Shown: piece by piece, positions 17,232-25,500 of the stretch
Numbering within the stretch: the first letter of the stretch is position 1
Layout of the letters: each line of letters opens with the position of its first letter
Assembly (NCBI GenBank): GCA_049969675.1
Contig: JBMFOP010000032.1
Coordinates: 1 to 30,667, forward strand
Source: Myxococcota bacterium
GTDB lineage: Bacteria > Myxococcota > SpSt-1050
Direction of reading: 5' to 3'
Length of the DNA: 30,667 nt
Notes under the pieces: generated by a model
The model's input: the letters and a program-made list of their open reading frames with translations, nothing else
Databases searched by the model: none
Told to the model about the DNA's origin: nothing
Program-made: the position numbers and the translations under genes

Positions 17232-18746
17232 ATGGGTGAGATGCTTATATCTGAACTCTTAAAAAGATATAAATATTACTTGATGTTTATACTGGTTATA
17301 ATCTTCTCCCTCATATTGAGATTATGCCCACCGCTTGATAGATATGGCTTGAATATGATGGAGATGGACTATATCAGGTGGATAAAAAATTTAAATGGCT
17401 ATGACTATCTTGTAAACTGTGCGGCAAATCATCATGGGTTCCTTGCACCAATTTTTTTGAAATACTGGCTTTTGATTATGCCGGAAGGGAATACCGATTT
17501 TTATGTGAGATTATTGTCTGTTATTATCTTTCTCTTAATTGTCTTTATGATACTCTTTATAAAGGAGGAGGCTTTAGATGAGAAGACAAAGTTAGTTTCT
17601 GTATTCTTTATATCAGTAAATGGACTTATGATCGCCTTTTCAAGAAATGCCAGATTACTTCCGTTGTTTGCACTTATTATTTTTACCTTCTTTTACCTGC
17701 TTTATAAAAATCTTGGTGAGGGTTCTGTAAGGAATTCCATCTTTCTATTTCTCACAACCATTCTGGCACTACTCACTCAACCACTCTCACTCATTTATAT
17801 AACTGGAATCTCTCTGAGTGCACTTCTGGTCTTTGGTATTGGTAGAACTACTTTCAGAGGATTTATTCCTATTATATGTGGAGGAATTCTGGTATCTCCG
17901 TATTATTTCTGGCTCTTCTCTTATGGAAAGACTGAATCTGAACTTTTTCCATTGAGCTATAAAATTATAATAGAGTGGCTTATATATATGGTTGATGACT
18001 ATGACACACTTTTAATACTTATATTCACACTGATTGCAACAGTCAGATTTGATGAGATTCTTAAGTACTTTCAGGAGAATCTCAAAAAGAGGTTTTTCAG
18101 ATTTTTACTTTTCAGTTTGATTATCTGCATCCTCATTTTTATAGGAATCTCTATATTTGTTCCACTTACACGTTCTTATTATATTATACCACTCGTTGTA
18201 TTTTCTTCTGTTATACTTGGCTCTATACTCTCAAGACTTCAGTATAAAGTATTGTTATTTCTGATTGCTATATTAGGGATTAAGGCGCTATTGTCATTCT
18301 GTATATTTGAGAAACAAATAATTGCCTTCTGGTCTTCGTATGGTATGGAGAAAGAGGTTCTGTTGAGTTTTAGAGGCTCTGACATCTATAAAGGTATTGA
18401 GCGAAGAAAATCTATATTTATTAATTTACCCGTATATTACACAAGGGCATTTGATTATTATAAGAGCAAGGATGAAGATTACTTCCCTCATTTAGACAGA
18501 TATGGATATGTTGAAGAGATATACAATCTTGAAAAGATCAGAGATAATCTGAATCAGAGGGATTTCTATCTAATTTTATGGGAGGATTGTAATAAAGTAA
18601 AAGACCCCCATCAAAAAAATCTATGCAATATCAATCTGGCTGCCCTTGAACAGATTTTTATAAAGGAGTTGGTCTGGGAATATCAGTTTAAAAAGCAGCA
18701 AAAGTATATAAAAGTATTCAGGTTGACAGGGAGAGAAGGATTGTGA
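17232..18746 (+). CDS. Polytopic membrane protein, probable GT-C fold glycosyltransferase (PMT/ArnT-like, GT39/GT83-related)
   Basis: About 10-11 hydrophobic segments with the pattern LILRL...loop (E.D)...HH.FL...YW...VRLLSV...FSRNAR, then a soluble C-terminal domain. Start uncertain (17202 TTG, or ATG at 17220, 17232 or 17241). AT-rich. Confidence 0.55.
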   Translation: MGEMLISELLKRYKYYLMFILVIIFSLILRLCPPLDRYGLNMMEMDYIRWIKNLNGYDYLVNCAANHHGFLAPIFLKYWLLIMPEGNTDFYVRLLSVIIFLLIVFMILFIKEEALDEKTKLVSVFFISVNGLMIAFSRNARLLPLFALIIFTFFYLLYKNLGEGSVRNSIFLFLTTILALLTQPLSLIYITGISLSALLVFGIGRTTFRGFIPIICGGILVSPYYFWLFSYGKTESELFPLSYKIIIEWLIYMVDDYDTLLILIFTLIATVRFDEILKYFQENLKKRFFRFLLFSLIICILIFIGISIFVPLTRSYYIIPLVVFSSVILGSILSRLQYKVLLFLIAILGIKALLSFCIFEKQIIAFWSSYGMEKEVLLSFRGSDIYKGIERRKSIFINLPVYYTRAFDYYKSKDEDYFPHLDRYGYVEEIYNLEKIRDNLNQRDFYLILWEDCNKVKDPHQKNLCNINLAALEQIFIKELVWEYQFKKQQKYIKVFRLTGREGL

Positions 18747-18912
18747 ATACTGGAATCACAGTTCAACAGTGCACTGTTTATGATTATTTGTCTCAATTGC
18801 ACTTTCAGTTTATTAAATTACACTAATTATAGTATCAGGCAATGCCTTATTTGACATCAATGGTTCTTTCAATTTGTCTGATAGGGTGGTTTAGAAATTC
18901 TCTCTTTAATTA

Positions 18913-18940
18913 TTGAAAAATATCCTTTATTATGTAGAAT
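18913..18940 (+). promoter_or_regulatory. Putative sigma70 promoter of the kinase gene
   Basis: TTGAAA (18913-18918), 16 nt, TAGAAT (18935-18940). GAGG SD before ATG 18985. Confidence 0.5.
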
Positions 18941-18984
18941 ACCGAATAATGAAGATGAAATATAGATGATAAGAGGTAACATCT

Positions 18985-21900
18985 ATGGAGAGAGAGATAC
19001 TCTTCTGTCTCACAGCCCTTCAGATGGGGCTGACGACTTATGAAGAATTAAAGGAGATAGGTAGATTACTATCTGAAAAGGGTATTGTATCACCCCGATC
19101 AGAGCTCATCAAAAGGGAGGCACTCCCTTTAGAGAAGATTAAGACGATTGAGCACGCTGTTGATGTCTCTCTCTCACTTTACAATGGCGATTGTAGAAGA
19201 CTCCTCTCTTTAAGAATCTATCAGAGACTCATCAAAGAGGCATTTGGAGGTTCAGTCAGCATAAGTGCAGATGGTGAGGTCAGACCATCATATCCCCGAC
19301 TCAAGATTGGGTCAGAGGATATAGATGTGCATACAATTACTGAAGAGAGTGCAGGCCGTTATGAGTCAGAAAGGGATATAGGACAGGGAGGGATAGGGAG
19401 AGTTATCCTTGCATACGATAGGCATATCGGGAGGCATATAGCGATTAAAGAGCTTCTCACCGCCCCACATCCTAAGAGTGAGAGAGATTCAACAATCAGT
19501 ACTGATGAGGCAAGATTCTTGAGAGAGGCAAGGCTCACCGCCCAGCTGGAACATCCCTCAATTATTCCAGTCTATGAGATAGGTAGAAGGCATGACAACT
19601 CTATCTATTACACGATGAAATTTGTAAGGGGGCGAACTCTCTCGGATATCATAAAAAGTTGTGGTTCACTGAATGAGCGACTCAGGTACCTGAGTCATTT
19701 TGTAAATCTCTGTAATGCCATCGCCTATGCACATTCAAAAGGGGTGATACACAGGGATATAAAACCTCACAATGTTATGATTGGAGAATTTGGGGAGACG
19801 GTGGTTCTGGACTGGGGGCTTGCAAAGATTAAGAACCAGATGGAGACAGAGAATGAGAAGTTTGCCAATCAGATGAGACTCTTAAAGGATGCGGCTGCAG
19901 GAAAGACCGTAGCAGGTGAGGTGATGGGGACACCGCAATATATGCCTCCGGAACAGGCACTGGGGGATGTGGAGAATATTGATGAGAAGAGCGATATATA
20001 TTCACTCGGCGCTGTACTGTACGAGATACTTACTGGCTTTCCCCCATTTGATGGAGATTCGCCACTTGAAATAGTAAAGGATGTTCGTGCCTATTCTCGA
20101 GGTGAGAAGGGCTTAATTCCGGTAAAAAGGGAGGAGCCAGAGTGCCCGGATGAACTGGCGGCGATTGCCGAGAAGGCACTATCATCCGATAAGAAAAAGA
20201 GATACCAGTCAGTTATAGACCTGATTGATGATGTTGAGGCATATATGGCGGGGCGAAAGGTGAGTGGACACAAATATTCATTCTTTGCAAATCTAAGGCG
20301 TAAAATAAAGAAGGGGAAGATAGCATTTGTGGCCTCCATTATTTTAACAATTATTATACTTACATCGCTTGTACTAATAAATCACCTCTCCTATCTCTTA
20401 AGGAGTTCCAGATTCAGACTCTTTGAGAGCAATGCATTTCACCTGATAGAACAGAATGACTTTATCGGGGCGGCATATTTTGCAACATTAGCAGAGAAGA
20501 TTGATATAAAGAATCGTCGTCTATCCCATCTTATGTCATTCCCGTTCCATACTCCAGTATTAAATGCTGTTGAGAATAATGGATTGAGTATCACATCAAT
20601 AGATGTCTCACCAGATAATAAATTTATTGCGGTAGGTTCAAAAGAAGGGGTACTAAATATTTATGAGTTTCCTTCTCTAAAATTTTTATACACCGCGAGG
20701 ACCGGTTCATATATCTCAAAGGTGATATTTTCACCCGAATCCAATCTGCTGGCAACTGGAAATCAAGACGGTTCTATCAGGGTGTATAATCTAAATCCAT
20801 TCTCACTCGTAAAGATAATAAAGGACTTCTCCACTCCTGTAGGGGCTCTCGCCTTCTCATACGGCGGAAAGTATCTTGTGGCATCTGCTGGACATAGATA
20901 CTCCACTTTATTAAGAGGGGCAGATTCTTTTATAAGATTGTATTCAACATCAGACTTTACTTTGCTTGCACAACTTGTTGGTCATACGAAGGCAGTAGAG
21001 CATCTCATATTTACTGATTTCAATAAGTATCTGGTCTCAGCATCCATTGATGGAAATCTGATATTCTGGGACATATTCAAAAAGAGGGAGATAAAGAGGG
21101 TCAATCTTGAGAGTCCTGTTACAGATATACACTCAAATCCAGATTACTCAGTTTCAGCCATTACAGAAGATGGGAGGATTATTAATTATTATGTTGATAG
21201 AGAGCCAGAGCCTTTACTCACCAATCTAAGAGGAGACTATCTGTTTGAGAAATTTTCAGATACCATCATTACAGCAGGTGGTAACTATGAGCAGGATAAC
21301 TGCATAAATTGTAATATCAATCTATATAAACTGAAACCAACCATAGATTTATCACTCGTGGAATTTTCCACCCTCGGTAGATTTAAACACAGGGTTGTGG
21401 ATTTAAGTATATCAAGGGGGAGAGGGATACTCGCTGCTGCCACAGATGATAACAGAATATATTTATTCATATTAAGCCCATATATTAGGGGCAGTCCCAA
21501 TATGAGTGAGATATATTCAAGAGAGGAGGGTATATCTTCGCTGAATTGTAATAATATGGTCGCAATGTGTTATGTTGCCTTTAGTTCCAAGAAGATTATG
21601 ACAATAAAGGGGAGGGATGAATTACGAATCTCAGATATAAGAAATTTAATCCCTGAGAATGTGAAAAAGATATTCCCCATTGACGATAAAAATCTCCTTT
21701 TTACAAAGGGAGAGTACGGGCTTTATCATCTAAACATACCACAGGAATCAACAAAGGTTATAATATCTGAACCGATTGATATTCAGAATATAAAAATGAG
21801 TACAAATAGTGAATATATCGGAATAAGTGATAAGAGTGGAGATTTTTATCTGCTTCAACATAGAGGAGATGAGGTGGTAGATACAAAATTTAAGAGGAGG

Positions 21901-22497
21901 GATGTTCAGAACTTTGCCTTTTCACCGGATAATCAGCTGATTGCATTTGTAAATAGAGACCTTTCGGTGTCAGGCCAGAAGGTCTTTAGGGTCTCAATAG
22001 ATGAGCTGATGTCTGATGGGACAGAGATGAGGATATTTACCACAAACAAGGAGATTATTGACTTATTTATTGCTGAAAACCCAATCAGAATTATTGCCCT
22101 TGACGACCAGAATAATATCTATTCCATCGGGAAAAGCGGTGAGCTTCTCAAAAGCCAGAAGATAGATGATATGTACAGGATTATTGGAATCAGTCCAGTA
22201 AAAGGATATCCATATCTTATGCTCAGATATCAGAATGGGAGACATATAGGTATATACAACCTCACTACCAATAACATCCTTTACTATCTTTTTGGACATA
22301 CATCACCTATTCTCAATGCACTGCCGGATCAGAATGGAATTATCTCTGTGTCTCAGGATGATAGGATAGTATTATACAGGATAGATGAGATAGAGCGATA
22401 TATCTACTCTCTCAAACAGGAAGATATCTCTGCCTTTTATGATAAATATAAAATGCTTATGAAGAATCTAAACTCAACATTTTCAATTTCCGATTGA
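18985..22497 (+). CDS. Hanks-type Ser/Thr protein kinase with one TM helix and C-terminal WD40 beta-propeller(s)
   Basis: IGQGGIGRV, IAIK, HRDIKPHN, DWGLAK, GTPQYMPPEQ, SDIYSLG. RRKIKKGK is followed by hydrophobic IAFVASIILTIIILTSLVLI. WD-like repeats include FSPESNLLATGNQDGSIRVY and GHTKAV...SASIDGNLIFWD. Confidence 0.92.
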   Translation: MEREILFCLTALQMGLTTYEELKEIGRLLSEKGIVSPRSELIKREALPLEKIKTIEHAVDVSLSLYNGDCRRLLSLRIYQRLIKEAFGGSVSISADGEVRPSYPRLKIGSEDIDVHTITEESAGRYESERDIGQGGIGRVILAYDRHIGRHIAIKELLTAPHPKSERDSTISTDEARFLREARLTAQLEHPSIIPVYEIGRRHDNSIYYTMKFVRGRTLSDIIKSCGSLNERLRYLSHFVNLCNAIAYAHSKGVIHRDIKPHNVMIGEFGETVVLDWGLAKIKNQMETENEKFANQMRLLKDAAAGKTVAGEVMGTPQYMPPEQALGDVENIDEKSDIYSLGAVLYEILTGFPPFDGDSPLEIVKDVRAYSRGEKGLIPVKREEPECPDELAAIAEKALSSDKKKRYQSVIDLIDDVEAYMAGRKVSGHKYSFFANLRRKIKKGKIAFVASIILTIIILTSLVLINHLSYLLRSSRFRLFESNAFHLIEQNDFIGAAYFATLAEKIDIKNRRLSHLMSFPFHTPVLNAVENNGLSITSIDVSPDNKFIAVGSKEGVLNIYEFPSLKFLYTARTGSYISKVIFSPESNLLATGNQDGSIRVYNLNPFSLVKIIKDFSTPVGALAFSYGGKYLVASAGHRYSTLLRGADSFIRLYSTSDFTLLAQLVGHTKAVEHLIFTDFNKYLVSASIDGNLIFWDIFKKREIKRVNLESPVTDIHSNPDYSVSAITEDGRIINYYVDREPEPLLTNLRGDYLFEKFSDTIITAGGNYEQDNCINCNINLYKLKPTIDLSLVEFSTLGRFKHRVVDLSISRGRGILAAATDDNRIYLFILSPYIRGSPNMSEIYSREEGISSLNCNNMVAMCYVAFSSKKIMTIKGRDELRISDIRNLIPENVKKIFPIDDKNLLFTKGEYGLYHLNIPQESTKVIISEPIDIQNIKMSTNSEYIGISDKSGDFYLLQHRGDEVVDTKFKRRDVQNFAFSPDNQLIAFVNRDLSVSGQKVFRVSIDELMSDGTEMRIFTTNKEIIDLFIAENPIRIIALDDQNNIYSIGKSGELLKSQKIDDMYRIIGISPVKGYPYLMLRYQNGRHIGIYNLTTNNILYYLFGHTSPILNALPDQNGIISVSQDDRIVLYRIDEIERYIYSLKQEDISAFYDKYKMLMKNLNSTFSISD

Positions 22498-22501
22498 TAA
22501 A

Positions 22502-25500
22502 TCATCTTACCTCTATAGGACTATTTGGGAGTTCTCCATATATATCGGGCATATACATCAACTCCACCCGGGTAGGCGGGATATTGAAGTATCCCTTTGT
22601 ATTTAATCTGACAGAATACTCATAGATAATCTTCTTTGAGTACGGATATTCATAGTATGTGCGCAGATATCCATCTCTAACATCTGAATATGTATAATCC
22701 CAGAAATAATCAACATATTCAGGAGCCTCCTTTGATATCCTTCCAATCACCTGCGAACCTGTAATGAGCGGGTCTATTATAACTACATTGTTATAATACG
22801 AATCTGCCTCTACTGTTATTCTAACCTTTACGAGCTCACCCTGTCTGAATTCAACCTTCTTCTTCCCACTCTCATCCATCAATTCTCTTGTAATCTTAAA
22901 TCCCTTAAAGACCGGGTTATCTGGAACTGATTCCTCTTCAAAGAGCATCCTTAGCCAGTAATCGTTGTTCTTATCCTCAAATGAGAGTTCATCATTTTTT
23001 CTCTCAATACAATCTGGCAAAATCTCCCCTCCCAGAATGGAGTTGTCTCTATTAATCTTGAATAGAAATGTCTGCTCAACAAAGTCGCTCTTAACCCCGA
23101 CCTTGTATTGATGACACCTGTAGAATACAGTCAGATCACTCTCTTTTATTGTGTTTTTATATCTCTTTTCAAATAGTCTCAATGCCACTGCCGCATAGGC
23201 GTTTGCTGTAGTATTATAGAGATATCCTCTCTCAAATCTATTTAAAAGTCCCTTTACCATCTTTCCAATCATCGTATCATTTCCTTTATTATTAATGAAA
23301 TATATCAGACTTCTGGCAAATGCCTCGTCCTCGGACCTCATCAGCCACCAGAGATTATTCTTATTATCTGACCTGATGAAATATGCCCCGCCCTTCTCCT
23401 CAAATGAGGAGAGAATGGCATTAAATATATCTCTCCTGTTGGGGACTACATTCCCGATATCTACGAGCGTGGAGAGTGGCAGTTCTGATATATTTGGATT
23501 CAATGCCCCCATTAACTCTACTGGATCCGGTATATTCTCCCTTATGGCAGAGAGGGCATATATCCGTTCAATATTCTTTGTGCCAGCAGAATAAAAATAT
23601 CTGCTACTCAACTTTCCCATTACAAAATTCTTTAAGGCATCTACTGTCCTTATCTTTATACTATATGGCAATTCAAGACCACCAAGATTTGTAATCTCAA
23701 GGATATATGCCGTCAGGAATGGAGAACCCTCCTTTGATGAGGGGTAATACTTTAACAATCCATTATCATCCACATATAGATTAATTTCATTCATCAATCT
23801 ATTATAGAATTCAAGGTCGTTTGATACCACTGCGTATGATATCTTCTGTTCAAGACAGGAGAGAGAATATCCCCTGTATCTCTTCAGCACCTCTCCAGTC
23901 CCACTTAAATTATTCATAAATGAGAGAGATATTCTCCTCTTTCTATCCCTCTTTGTGGTGTCCTTATCATCTATCTTAAACGACCTCTTAAAACGGAAAA
24001 AGGAGGACTGAACAACCCGCATAGGTACTGATTCTACTATCTTCTGAGTGACATTTATGCTATCAATTATTCTATTCCCCTCTATAATCTCTATGTGATA
24101 TTTTGCCTCATCTGCATTCTCTATAATACTGATTGGAAATGCTATCTTCTTATTCCCACCCTTCTCTATTTTGATACCCTGAATATTTAATTTCTCCAGT
24201 CCCAACTCATTTTTATTGCTATAAAAAGTCACATTACCTCTAATATCCAGATTATATTCTTTATCCATAATATTCTTAATGACAAATTCGGCGTCAAATT
24301 TATCTCCTTCTCGTGCGAAGTATGGGATGGAGGAGTTGATAAAGAGTTCTCTCTCGCTCTCAATATTTTTATGAGCCATCCCAAACTTATTGCTGCCTGA
24401 TGTGACTATTGCTACAATTCTGAAAGATGTAATGGAGTCGTTCAATTTAAACTTAAATTTGGCCTTTCCATCTTTAAGTTTAATGGATGGATTAAAGTAT
24501 ATCAGTGTATCAAAAAGCTCCCTTGTAACCAATCTCCCGCCACCCCCACCGGATGGGAGGGCCTTCTTCCCAAAATGTCTCCTGCCTACAACCTGTATAA
24601 GCCCTGAGGATGTATTTACATCGTATGGGACTGGCTTGATAATATTGTTGAGGATGTCATAAGTTGGATTCTCCATAAGATTCAGGAGCCCCTCATCCAC
24701 CACGATAAGCACCAGATTTGCATCTGAATTTGCACCTCTTACCTCTACATTCCCGTTTACATCCTCTCTCACAAGGTATCGTTTCTTATCTGTTTTTATA
24801 TTTACATCCAGCCTGTATTTTGATTTATCTATATTGACTTCGGATAATCCCATCTTTATTGATGGTTTTGCAAGGTCTATCAGAAATCTCGGAGGAGGAG
24901 ATGAGAGGCGTCCTCTTACAAGGACCACAGATATGACTACATTTGGTGCATAATCTGGCTCTGCCTTAAGAGTAATAATGGGTTCTCTTGATGTAAATTC
25001 CTGAACAAAGTAGTTTAGAATCCCGCTCTGTTCAACAGTTATGAGGGCGGTGCACCTCTCAAATGGGGAGACCACCCTGATTTTTATATCTTCTCCGGCT
25101 TTATATTCATCTTTATCTAAAAAGATATCTATTCTATCCGAATCAGAGGCATAATCAAACCACTTATTCTCATCATATTGAAATATATATATACTTCTCT
25201 TTGTGGCAGAGATACCTCTCTTATTATCACCAGATAATGCCTCCAAAATATAGTCACCACCCTTTTCAATTCTTCTCTTGCATTCAAGGATCCCATTGGA
25301 GTCTGTCTTACCTCTGCATATCTCTTGAGGTTCTTTTATCTCAGTGAGATGTTCATAAGAGTAATAACCACCAAGGACCTTTTTCCTGTGCGCGTAACTT
25401 ATCTTCTGATACAGATTGACAATAACTTCTTCACCACTTACTGTCTTCCCTTCTCTATCAAGGAGGACCACTTTTACATTGACCTCTTTCTTCTCTCTAT

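Noticed and set aside
19810..19827. DWG instead of DFG as a sign of a pseudokinase
   Set aside because: The Asp is retained along with the Gly loop, Lys, HRD and PE motifs. DWG is a known variant in bacterial Hanks kinases.
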